Source: a virus (taxonomy: Duplodnaviria; Caudoviricetes). Taken from it: a DNA stretch of 25,010 bases. Below the pieces are notes generated by a model. The model was not told where the DNA came from. It searched no databases and saw only the letters and a list, made by a program, of their open reading frames with translations. The stretch's first letter is position 1; each line of letters begins with the position of its first letter. This document shows, one piece after another, positions 12,607-21,265 of this stretch. Where the stretch lies: positions 1-25,010 of IMG/VR virus record IMGVR_UViG_3300014031_000065, one strand, 5' to 3'. Both the position numbers and the translations under genes were made by a program.

Positions 12607-12770
12607 GGTTCCGGGACCTCGTTGAGCGGGACGCCGCACCGCTCGCAGGGCTTGTCAGCCCCGGTCGCGTACTTGTCCTTGAACAGCATAGTCAACATCG
12701 CCTCTTCCTCCGTGAGGCAGGCGATGTGGACGTGCGCCCCTCGGACGATACACCAGCACATCGGACTCAT
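12603..12770 (-). CDS. Small putative Zn-binding protein, 55 aa (...HVHIAC...CERCGVPL...)
   Basis: Hand translation; GAGGGAG RBS; ATGA overlaps on both sides. Confidence 0.7.
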   Translation of the reverse strand: MSPMCWCIVRGAHVHIACLTEEEAMLTMLFKDKYATGADKPCERCGVPLNEVPEP

Positions 12771-13186
12771 GCACTATCTCCCTCGTGTAGATAAACGAAC
12801 TGCGACATGTCGGCCGGCGTATACCACGGCCCCTTCAAGACCTTCCCGTCCTCGCGGTAGACGGGCTTCCCATCCACGCCCAGCTTGCTCATGTTCGAGC
12901 GGTGGGTCTCCGCAAAGGCCCCGTCGATATCAAGAGCGAACGCTACCGCAGTTCCTTCGAGGACGTACCGCAGATCGGCCAGTTCCTTGAGCAACCGGGC
13001 CATCGTGCCGTAAACGGCGTCGGCATCCATCTGCTTCGTGAGCAGCGCCAGCTCGGCCATCACTTCTTCGTACTCTTCACGGATCAGACGCATCCGCAGA
13101 CGTACCGTATCGCCCGCAGGAGGGCACGGAATGGCAGATGGGCAGTCCTGCCCGAACTTGGCGTGAAACTCGCGTACGACGGTCAT
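12767..13186 (-). CDS. MazG-like all-alpha NTP pyrophosphohydrolase (DR2231/PRA-PH type)
   Basis: Motifs VREFHAKF, LIREEYEE, KELADLRYV, HRSNMSK, REDGKVLK. Confidence 0.9.
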   Translation of the reverse strand: MTVVREFHAKFGQDCPSAIPCPPAGDTVRLRMRLIREEYEEVMAELALLTKQMDADAVYGTMARLLKELADLRYVLEGTAVAFALDIDGAFAETHRSNMSKLGVDGKPVYREDGKVLKGPWYTPADMSQFVYLHEGDSA

Positions 13187-13419
13187 GCGGGGTCAGTCCT
13201 TTCGATGAACCTGCAGATGCGCGCGGCCTTCTTAGGGCTGAGGACGATCGCAGCGGTGTGTTCGGCTCGCCCTACAGCAATCCCAGCGTTGTTCGCGTCG
13301 ATTCCGACGTAGAGGGAGCCATCTTCCATGCGAATCATCCGGATGAACGGCCAGTCACCCTTGGACTCGTCGATTTCCAGGGATTCAGCGGTCTCACGGA
13401 CTGGTGGCAGCTTAGGCAC
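13183..13419 (-). CDS. Hypothetical protein, about 78 aa (GTG start uncertain)
   Basis: 3' part of ORF 13183..13539; ATGA overlap with the MazG-like gene. Confidence 0.6.
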   Translation of the reverse strand: MPKLPPVRETAESLEIDESKGDWPFIRMIRMEDGSLYVGIDANNAGIAVGRAEHTAAIVLSPKKAARICRFIERTDPA

Positions 13420-13609
13420 GGTTGGTACGCCGCGACGCTTGAGTGCGGTGGCGGCGAGCCTTGCGCGCGGTGACGGGCGGCGACTTCGGCCCCTTACGGA
13501 GACCGGCCCTGACGCCGAGGACGTGTGCGCGGTCCTCAAGATCAGCCAGAATACGGGCGGTGGACTCCAAACGCGCGGCTGATTCGGCGCGGTGGTTGGT
13601 TTCGCTCAT
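13412..13609 (-). CDS. Basic hypothetical protein, 65 aa
   Basis: AGGAG RBS; ATGA overlap. Confidence 0.6.
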   Translation of the reverse strand: MSETNHRAESAARLESTARILADLEDRAHVLGVRAGLRKGPKSPPVTARKARRHRTQASRRTNRA

Positions 13610-13923
13610 GCTGCACTCCTGACAGTGGTGGGCTTCATCTTGTGCAGCTTACGCCGCTCAACTTGGATGGAATCGGAGGCCGCTCGGATCGCGTCGCGGT
13701 TTTTCGCTGCGATCGGGGTCTGAGGCCCGTAGGGAAACCGGCCGATTTCGGAGCGCAACGGGGCCATCGCCTCGCGCAGGCGCGTCAGCGCAAGCTCCAT
13801 GTCGGTCGCGCGCTGGGTCGTGTTTCGATTCGTGCGCCTCCGGTGAAAACGGCGAACCTGCTGCGCGTAGGCGACCGCAGATTGGGCCGCTTCGAGGATG
13901 TTCTCAGGGAGTTCTTCCGGCAT
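13606..13923 (-). CDS. Hypothetical helical protein, 105 aa (MPEELPENI...)
   Basis: ATG 13923 lies 6 nt after TGGTACGAT (leaderless). Confidence 0.75.
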   Translation of the reverse strand: MPEELPENILEAAQSAVAYAQQVRRFHRRRTNRNTTQRATDMELALTRLREAMAPLRSEIGRFPYGPQTPIAAKNRDAIRAASDSIQVERRKLHKMKPTTVRSAA

Positions 13924-14213
13924 GCAGGAATCGTACCACATCGAGCCCGACTTTGCACGATATGGCGCCTCCCTCAGCGACCGCGAATCTGGACCCGAAA
14001 ACGACCCTGTTTTCGTATGAAGGTGGTACGAATGTCCCAACTTTTCTCCATACTGGGCCTGGGTTTTTCGCACGTGACCCTTTTACCCCCTTAGGAAGGG
14101 GGTAAGGGTGCTCGTGTCCCCCAGCTTGAGGTCCCAAAAGCGGCGGACGCAGAGACCAAAATAGCCCCTAGGATTCGTACCACTTGCTCATCGCCGTGCG
14201 AGAATCTTAGGTC

Positions 14214-16439
14214 ATGGCGTTCGACCTATCACGCGCGCTCCGGGCTCAGGAGGGCAAGGCGCTTGTCGCGAATCCTGCCTTCATGGGTTTGGAGCCAGTC
14301 ACGACGTACCAGCCCGGAGTCGCCCGCGCGGATTCTGTCATCTCGCAGCGCGAGGCGGCAAGGCACCTTGATGTGTACGGCGGGCGACAGGCGATCGACT
14401 GGGTTTACGACTGCATCGGGCTCTACGCCGACCCTGTGTCCGCCGCGCCCTACAAGCTGACCAAGAAGGACGGGACGCACGTAGTACGCGCCCGCACGAA
14501 GGGCACGCCGCCCGACTTCGAGGTTGGACCCGCCGACCTTTACCGCCTGCTGGACCAGCCCAACCCCTACATGATGTACGACGAGCTGATGTCGCTGCTC
14601 GTCATCGACCTCATGCTGGTAGGCAACGCCTATTGGTACAAGTGGCAAGTGTCGGGCGGGAAGCCGCTGGCGCTGTATCGCCTATCTCCCGCGCACGTCA
14701 AGGTTGTCCCCGGCGAGTTCGGACCGAAGCGCTACGAGTACAAGCCGCCCGGAGTTCGCGACGCGCTGGCGATCCAAGTTGACGAAATCGTCCACTTCCG
14801 GCGCGCGAACCCGCACTCCAACTACTACGGGGTTGGCGTCATTCAGGGCGGCGGCCGCGCGATGGACCTCGAATTGGCGATCACTAATACGATGGCGTCG
14901 TACTTCGAGAACAACGCCGACCCGTCGCTGATCGTCCAGTCGGAGCGCCGCGTCCCTCGCGACGTGTTCAACAAGCTGCGTGCCCAGCTTCGCTCGCGCG
15001 TTGCCGGTAGCTCCAAGTCGGGCGAGCTGCTCGTCCTCGAAGCGGGCCTCAAGGCATCCACGCTTTCCGCAAACGCCCGCGACGCGATGTTCGCTGACCT
15101 CTCGCGTATGTCCCGCGACCGCGTGATGGCGCAGTTCCGGGCGTCCCCGATGCTGTTCGGGATCATGGACGAGTCCAGCAGCAGCAACAAGATTTCTGAC
15201 GTCAGGCGCGAGTTTGATAACTACGCGCTCTTGCCGTTTATGCGGAAGCTGCAAGCACAGATCACGATTGCGCTGCTTTCCGCGTGGGACCTGACCTACT
15301 CGGTTGACTATCGCGTGGCGCTGCCATCCGACGAGGCCATCAAGGTCGCGGAGTCCGTCGCCAAGATGCCGGGGGTCAAGATTCGCGAGGTCCGCGCGCA
15401 GTATTCGCAGTTCGGCATCGAAGAGTCCACCGGCGATGTGAAGATCGACGAGGAAATCCTCAACCTGCCGGGCACGAACTTGGGGCCTACGGGTCAGCCC
15501 GTGACGGGCGGCGCCGGATTCGCTGACCAGCCGCTTGGCTCGGAGCCTGGCCGTCCGCCGCTGGTCAAGAACACGCAGCCCATCAGGGGCGCCAACGGCA
15601 AGGTCAACCTCCCGGCGGGTTCGCAGGCCCGCGCGTCCGGTAAGGCGCTGATCGAAGAGGCTTCGGCCCGGCTCGCAATCGCGGCGCTCGAAGAGAAGGC
15701 GCTGGAATCGGCCGGCAACGTCAGCATCGGCTCGAAGCTGACCAACGAGCAGCGACCCCTGGATCGCTTCGCGCAGTTTCGGAAGAACGACATCGACGCG
15801 ACCCGCAACTTCGTGATGGCTGGGCTTGCTGAGGCCGCTACTGCGCTTGAGCGCGACCTACTCGACCACGTTGAGGGCAAGGCGCTCAAGACCAGCGACC
15901 TCGTGAGCCGCATCAAGCGCTCCGAGGCGTGGAAGACCTTTTCGACTGCGGTCGCTGCCGTCCTTGAGGAAGGCGCGCGCCGCGCGGCCTCGTCTGCGGT
16001 CATGCACTCCGGGCTCACGCCGGGAGAGGACGTGGACTACGACTCGCTCGCCAAGGGGCTCGTCCACCGGCCTGAGGGTGTTCGCGGAATCGTGAACACG
16101 CTCAAGCAGCGCGTGATTGACCGTGTGAAGGCGGCCCGCGACAACAACGCTGAGCGTGTTGACTACCAGAATCTCGTGCTCGACGTAATCACTGAGTGGA
16201 ACACCGGCCAGTCCCAGACGGTCGCGGACAGCGAAGCCACGGTTGCCTACAACGAGGCAACGCTGCTGGTCGCAGAGCTTTCCGGGATCGGCAACGTCTA
16301 CGTCACTGACGGCGACGACCACGACCAGCCGTGCAAGGACGCAGACGGGCAGGTCTGGACGACCGACCACGCGCGAGCGCACCGGATCGAGCATCCGAAC
16401 TGCCGACGCGCGTTTCTGCCCATGACGACGGTAGCCTAG
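14214..16439 (+). CDS. HK97-family portal protein fused to a MuF/SPP1 gp7-like C-terminal domain
   Basis: Motifs LLDQPNPYM, L.VGNAYW, EIVHFR...YYGVG, YFENNA.P; C-terminal D..C...G...HPNCR. Confidence 0.9.
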   Translation: MAFDLSRALRAQEGKALVANPAFMGLEPVTTYQPGVARADSVISQREAARHLDVYGGRQAIDWVYDCIGLYADPVSAAPYKLTKKDGTHVVRARTKGTPPDFEVGPADLYRLLDQPNPYMMYDELMSLLVIDLMLVGNAYWYKWQVSGGKPLALYRLSPAHVKVVPGEFGPKRYEYKPPGVRDALAIQVDEIVHFRRANPHSNYYGVGVIQGGGRAMDLELAITNTMASYFENNADPSLIVQSERRVPRDVFNKLRAQLRSRVAGSSKSGELLVLEAGLKASTLSANARDAMFADLSRMSRDRVMAQFRASPMLFGIMDESSSSNKISDVRREFDNYALLPFMRKLQAQITIALLSAWDLTYSVDYRVALPSDEAIKVAESVAKMPGVKIREVRAQYSQFGIEESTGDVKIDEEILNLPGTNLGPTGQPVTGGAGFADQPLGSEPGRPPLVKNTQPIRGANGKVNLPAGSQARASGKALIEEASARLAIAALEEKALESAGNVSIGSKLTNEQRPLDRFAQFRKNDIDATRNFVMAGLAEAATALERDLLDHVEGKALKTSDLVSRIKRSEAWKTFSTAVAAVLEEGARRAASSAVMHSGLTPGEDVDYDSLAKGLVHRPEGVRGIVNTLKQRVIDRVKAARDNNAERVDYQNLVLDVITEWNTGQSQTVADSEATVAYNEATLLVAELSGIGNVYVTDGDDHDQPCKDADGQVWTTDHARAHRIEHPNCRRAFLPMTTVA

Positions 16440-16443
16440 ACGT

Positions 16444-16623
16444 ATGGAATGGATCGTCAGGCACGTAACTCGCGGTCGCCCGAAGCGCAAGCGCGCTCCG
16501 GGTGCTGGCTCTGCCGTCAAGACGCGTGCCCACACCCGCACGCCGCGCGGCCCCAACCGGGGCAAGCCGCGCGTCAAGGTTGATTCGTACCGTCGAGGAC
16601 GCCCGCCCCGCAAGAAGCGGTAA
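16444..16623 (+). CDS. Arg/Lys-rich protamine-like small protein, 59 aa
   Basis: Hand translation MEWIVRHVTRGRPKRKRAPGAGSAVKTRAHTRTPRGPNRGKPRVKVDSYRRGRPPRKKR; starts 4 nt after the portal stop; phage-like codon bias. Confidence 0.7.
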   Translation: MEWIVRHVTRGRPKRKRAPGAGSAVKTRAHTRTPRGPNRGKPRVKVDSYRRGRPPRKKR

Positions 16624-16653
16624 GTGGTACTATTCCTCTATGAGGAATGCGAC

Positions 16654-16959
16654 GTGAATTACAGCAAGGATGAGTTCTTCGCCCTGATGGGCGCGATCGA
16701 GGCTGCTGGCGGCGAGCACCTCGATGAAACGTGCAGCCCCAAGACCTACAACTTCTCCGGTCCGAACTCCAAACCGCTTGTAATCGCGGGCTGTGGCAAC
16801 TCGTCACGGTTCGAGATTCCGTATGAGCGCGCAGTCCAGGGGGCGCGGCGCCGCCAGACGGTCAACGTATGCGCGGTGGACGATAATGTAGGTATGTGGC
16901 CCCGCTTCGGCGGCGACCGCTTCCACAACGTGAAGCCTAATCCGGAGGACGTGTTTTGA
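16654..16959 (+). CDS. Hypothetical protein, about 101 aa
   Basis: GTG 16654 after GAGGA; TGGTACTAT promoter at 16625. Confidence 0.75.
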   Translation: MNYSKDEFFALMGAIEAAGGEHLDETCSPKTYNFSGPNSKPLVIAGCGNSSRFEIPYERAVQGARRRQTVNVCAVDDNVGMWPRFGGDRFHNVKPNPEDVF

Positions 16960-17174
16960 TGGCTGTAGAACTGACACTCAGCGGCGCACTCGATACCGTG
17001 CTGATCGACGGTAACTTCGCCGCCTACGTCAACGACCTGAACATCGCGGCCGCATCCGGGAAGCAGTACCTCATCGCCACTGAGTTCAAGGGCGGCAACA
17101 TCGCTCTCGACACGCGCAAGATTCTCATTGCGCGCGACCGCGACGACGACGAGTCGATCTTCGTGGGCCGATGA
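16959..17174 (+). CDS. Hypothetical protein, 71 aa
   Basis: GGAGG RBS; TGATG coupling. Confidence 0.75.
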   Translation: MAVELTLSGALDTVLIDGNFAAYVNDLNIAAASGKQYLIATEFKGGNIALDTRKILIARDRDDDESIFVGR

Positions 17175-17311
17175 CCCTCAGCTCGGTAGGAATTGCGCTC
17201 ATCTCGTTCGGGGCCGTGCTGACCTCGGTCTCCGCTGTTGCCGGCTCAATGGTCGCCGCGCTCGGCGCGCTCTGGGAGCTGGGATTGTTCTATGTGTCGG
17301 GCCGCGCGTGA
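17171..17311 (+). pseudogene. Possible frameshifted small membrane protein gene
   Basis: ATGA-coupled MTLSSVGIALISFG continues in a shifted frame as AVLTSVSAVAGSMVAALGALWELGLFYVSGRA. Confidence 0.35.
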
Positions 17312-17516
17312 CGTTCTGAGCGTCGTTTTGCGGGTGGAGGGCTTCATTAGCAGGGTAGTTCCGCACCGCCTCCTTCCGGCCCTGATCCTTGATAGGATTA
17401 TTGGTCCCGCCGAAGACTTCGAGTACGTCAGTCGCACCCGCCCCCAAGCGCCCGCAGACATCTCATAAGCCACTGAGCGGAAGTTCCGTTCACGCCCTAT
17501 ACAGGAGGACCCCACC

Positions 17517-20129
17517 TTGTCTCATGCACCCTTCGATGCGCCCTTCGCGCACGGAATCTACAAGCAGAAGTACGCCCAGCAGGGTGAAGAGTGGCAGGAC
17601 ACCGCGTTCCGTGTGGTTGAGCACGTCATGGGGGCCGTTGACATGGCCGACACCGTTGAGGCCGGGATTCTGGCGTCCCTGATCGACGCCCGCAAGTTCA
17701 TCCCCGGCGGACGGTACCTCTACGCTTCGGGCCGCGACCTGCATCAGGTCCAGAACTGCCTGCTGCTGCGCGCGGAGGACACGCGCGAGGGATGGTCGCA
17801 GCTCGTCAGCGATTCGACGATGGCGCTGATGACCGGCGCAGGGATCGGGGTCTGGTATGGCGACGTTCGCTGCTCGGGCTCCGTCATCACGCGGACCGGA
17901 GGAACGGCCAGCGGCCCGATCAGCCTGATGAAGATGGTCAACGAGGTTGGCCGCAACGTCATGCAAGGCGGCGCGCGACGCTCCGCTATCTGGGCGGGCC
18001 TCCCTTGGTGGCATCCCGACGTGTTCGAGTTCATTCGGTCGAAGGACTGGTCCCAGGACGTGCGGGCGCTCAAGGAAAAAGACTTCACCTTCCCGGCCGA
18101 CCTCGACATGACGAACATCAGCGTCACGCTCGACAAGGACTTCTTCGACGCGTACAACGATGAGACCTCGTTCGTCAGCGTGCGGAGCACGCTCGATGCG
18201 CCAGATGGCCGCTCGTGGAATGAATGGGCGCGCGAGGTCTACGAGCTAGTCGTGGACAAGATGCTCACGACGGCCGAGCCGGGCTTCTCGGTGGACTACG
18301 ACAACGCGTCCGAGAACCTCAGGAACGCGCCAGTTACGGGCGAAACTCAGGTGCTCACAGATCGCGGATATCGCGCCGTACGCAGCATTGTGGGTAAGCC
18401 AACATCTGTCTGGACTGGAAAGCAGTGGGCCTCCGGCGTAGTGTTCGAGCAAACTAAGGCCGACGCCGAGGTGGTCCGGGTTGAGATTAGCGGGGGCAGG
18501 TTTGTGCGCTGTGATCCGGAACACGAGTTCTTGGTGGAGAGGCGCGTCGTCGGGCAGCCAACAAGTATTGGTCGTGTAGGGGCCGGTGCTCTCGTGGTCG
18601 GCGATACGCTGCATGTGGCGCTGCCCGTGGGTGAGGCGGCGACGGACCAGGACGACTATGAGCTAGGCTATATCTACGGCGACGGATCGTTTGCTAAGGC
18701 GGGAGGTGCTGAGGTTACGTTCTGCACCGACGAATCGAAAGCGTGCGCGGCCTCTTTTGCGGGACACGCCAGCATGAATATGCACGACTCTCGCGGGCAT
18801 ATCCGCGCGTACTACAGTGTCAATCGTCGGTTTGCCGGGCGCAGCAAGGACAAGTTTCCCGATGATGTTGGGTGCCTAAACTCGTTTCTAGCCGGGCTAT
18901 TTGACGCCGATGGCAACTACGAGCTAATCCAGCGGCGGGTCAGGCTATCGTCTAAGCACCGCAGCTTCTTGGCGGGCGCGGCTCGCGCGCTAGAGTCGCT
19001 TGGCATTCTCGCCGGAGTGTCAAAGGCGGGAACGTCAACGTACGGTAAGGCGCAGGGCTGGCAGCTTGTTGTCAACCGCGACTTCAATGATGAGTTTGCG
19101 CGTTTGATTCCCTGCCTGCGTTTGCGGGTTCCTGCCCGCTCCGGGAAGGGATACAGGCCAGCGGCGTTGAAGGTGCTCGCTGTGGCGCCTGATGGTCGCG
19201 AAGACGTTTTCTGCGCTGACGTGGGGGTACCCGAGCACTCATTCGTTGCTGAGGGGGTTGTCCTCTCGAACTGCACAGAAATCACGTCGGAGGACGACTC
19301 CGATGTGTGTAACCTCGGCTCGCTCAACATGGCGGCGTTCACTTCGCTCGAAGAGTTCCGGCAGGCCGTTGACCTTGCCACGCTGTTCCTAGTTGCCGGC
19401 ACGGTCTACTCCGACCTGCCATACGACAAGGTTCACGCGACCCGCGAGAAGAACCGGAGGCTCGGCCTCGGGATCATGGGCGTTCACGAGTGGCTACTCA
19501 AGCGCGGCAAGAAGTACGGCCCGGACGACGAGCTGGCGAAGTGGCTTGAGGTCTACGCCACCTCTACCGAGTATGCGCACAAGTGGGCCGACGCCGTCGG
19601 TGTGAGCCGCCCAATCAAGACGCGGGCGATCGCCCCCAACGGCACTATCGGAATCATCGCGGAAACCACCACTTCGGCCGAGCCGATCTTCGCGTCCGCC
19701 TTCAAGCGCCGCGTACGCAACGCTTCGGCGCAGGGTGACACGGTGCAGTACGAGTACGTCGTGGACCCCACAGCGGCCCGCCTCGTGGCTGACGGTGTTG
19801 ACCCCGCGATCATCGAGGACGCGTATTCGCTCTCCTACGACGTGGAGCGTCGCGTGGCGTTCCAGCATTGGCTACAGCAGTACGTGGATCACGGCATCTC
19901 GTCCACCGTCAACCTGCCGAGGGTCATCGACGACCCGGCCGAGCAGCGCGAGTTCGGGGAGATGTTGATGAAGTACCTTCCGGGACTACGCGGAATCACG
20001 GCGTACCCGGACGGATCACGGGGCGGACAGCCCCTAACAGCGGTCCCGATCGAGTTCGCGCTCGACAAGACCGGAGTGCGCTTCGAAGAGGCCGAGGACC
20101 GCTGCGTGGGCGGTCTCTGCGGCGTATAA
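17517..20129 (+). CDS. nrdJ: Class II (adenosylcobalamin-dependent) ribonucleotide reductase with intein
   Basis: Motifs FIPGGRYL, NC, GGARRSA, EPG, spliced NACTE, VCNLGS, RRLGLG, IAPNGT, VDHGISST, GITAYPDGSR, C-terminal CxxxxC; AGGAGG RBS. Confidence 0.92.
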   Translation: MSHAPFDAPFAHGIYKQKYAQQGEEWQDTAFRVVEHVMGAVDMADTVEAGILASLIDARKFIPGGRYLYASGRDLHQVQNCLLLRAEDTREGWSQLVSDSTMALMTGAGIGVWYGDVRCSGSVITRTGGTASGPISLMKMVNEVGRNVMQGGARRSAIWAGLPWWHPDVFEFIRSKDWSQDVRALKEKDFTFPADLDMTNISVTLDKDFFDAYNDETSFVSVRSTLDAPDGRSWNEWAREVYELVVDKMLTTAEPGFSVDYDNASENLRNAPVTGETQVLTDRGYRAVRSIVGKPTSVWTGKQWASGVVFEQTKADAEVVRVEISGGRFVRCDPEHEFLVERRVVGQPTSIGRVGAGALVVGDTLHVALPVGEAATDQDDYELGYIYGDGSFAKAGGAEVTFCTDESKACAASFAGHASMNMHDSRGHIRAYYSVNRRFAGRSKDKFPDDVGCLNSFLAGLFDADGNYELIQRRVRLSSKHRSFLAGAARALESLGILAGVSKAGTSTYGKAQGWQLVVNRDFNDEFARLIPCLRLRVPARSGKGYRPAALKVLAVAPDGREDVFCADVGVPEHSFVAEGVVLSNCTEITSEDDSDVCNLGSLNMAAFTSLEEFRQAVDLATLFLVAGTVYSDLPYDKVHATREKNRRLGLGIMGVHEWLLKRGKKYGPDDELAKWLEVYATSTEYAHKWADAVGVSRPIKTRAIAPNGTIGIIAETTTSAEPIFASAFKRRVRNASAQGDTVQYEYVVDPTAARLVADGVDPAIIEDAYSLSYDVERRVAFQHWLQQYVDHGISSTVNLPRVIDDPAEQREFGEMLMKYLPGLRGITAYPDGSRGGQPLTAVPIEFALDKTGVRFEEAEDRCVGGLCGV
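18330..19271 (+). mobile_element. 314-aa intein with LAGLIDADG homing endonuclease, Pro at position 1
   Basis: PVTGETQVLT...VVLSN inserted between LRNA and CTEI; blocks LGYIYGDGS and FLAGLFDADG; block F VFC; codon usage differs from the exteins. Confidence 0.92.
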
Positions 20130-20283
20130 ACTGCGAGTACGAGCAGGCGTTGTTACGCCATTCGTGCAAGCAGTAGGGCGACTCGCTACCGCCTGGACCG
20201 AACCACAAACCTCCGGCGGCGTGGTACCCGCCGGAAGTTTGTGTTAGTCTAGGTGCTCAGCAATCAGTCGCTTCTCCCCACTT

Positions 20284-20310
20284 CGGGCCGCTATGCGGCC
20301 CGTTGTCGTT
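20284..20310 (+). terminator. Hairpin terminator
   Basis: CGGGCCGC-TAT-GCGGCCCG-TTGTCGTT. Confidence 0.7.
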
Positions 20311-20330
20311 CCGGCGCGTAGGATTACCGT

Positions 20331-21224
20331 GTGACTTTGATTCCTGTTGAAGACTTCCTAGCCCCGGTTGCTGGGCATCCTGACTTGACGCAGTTCCGCT
20401 GCGACTTCACGCTGACCGGTAAGGCGCTTGAGGACGGCACGTCGGGTACGACAATCGTCGAGCAGGACAACGGCGATCTAATCATCGAGGGATGGGCAGC
20501 AGTTTTCGAGGGCGAGGATCGTCAAAACGAAAACTTCGCGCCGGGCGCGTTTCAGCGCGGGATCAAGAACTTCGTTGACGGGCAGTCGTCCTTGTGCCAT
20601 ATGCATAAGCACGATCAAGTTCTGGGTAAGGTCCTTAGTCTTCAAGAAGAGACCAAGGGGCTGAAAATGACCGCACGAGTTGACGGGGCAATCAAGTCTC
20701 ACCCAACTCTGGGCACGATTTACCATCAGATCAAGAACGAGTCGATCAACGCGCTGTCTGTAGGCGGTTTCTTCAAGCGCGCCATGATCGAGGGTAAGCA
20801 GAAGATCGTGGACATGGACTTCACTGAAATCTCTTGCACAGCCGTTCCTGTCCACAGCGGCACACACTTCTCTGTAATCGCAGGAAAGGCTCTTATGTCC
20901 GTAGCACCTGAGGAGGAAGTAGAAGCGCCCCTTGGCGATTTGGCTGCTGTGTTTGAGCACATCACGGCGCTGACCGAGAAGTTCGGCAACCTAGCTGGGG
21001 AGAAGGCCCTCCCGGACGCGCACAACCCAAGCGCCGCTAATCACGTAGCTGACATGCTTTCGCACCTTTCCCGCGCCCGCGCGGCCGCTTCGAACGCGGC
21101 ACAGCACTCGGACCACACGGGTGTCAAGAACGCCGCCAGCGCCGCTGAGACCGATCTGATCGCGCACGAGAAGAAGATGCACACGCTGGCCGCTAAGGTC
21201 GGACCCCTACCGCCGCAATACTGA
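20331..21224 (+). CDS. HK97-type prohead protease with C-terminal extension
   Basis: Motifs IEGWAAVF...D...E...GAF, H.H...LG, ETKGL, LSVGG, EISCTAVP; lies before the capsid gene; TAGGAT 7 nt upstream. Confidence 0.9.
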   Translation: MTLIPVEDFLAPVAGHPDLTQFRCDFTLTGKALEDGTSGTTIVEQDNGDLIIEGWAAVFEGEDRQNENFAPGAFQRGIKNFVDGQSSLCHMHKHDQVLGKVLSLQEETKGLKMTARVDGAIKSHPTLGTIYHQIKNESINALSVGGFFKRAMIEGKQKIVDMDFTEISCTAVPVHSGTHFSVIAGKALMSVAPEEEVEAPLGDLAAVFEHITALTEKFGNLAGEKALPDAHNPSAANHVADMLSHLSRARAAASNAAQHSDHTGVKNAASAAETDLIAHEKKMHTLAAKVGPLPPQY

Positions 21225-21265
21225 CCAGTCGGAACTGGCAGCTAACCCGATACTCTTGGAGAACG

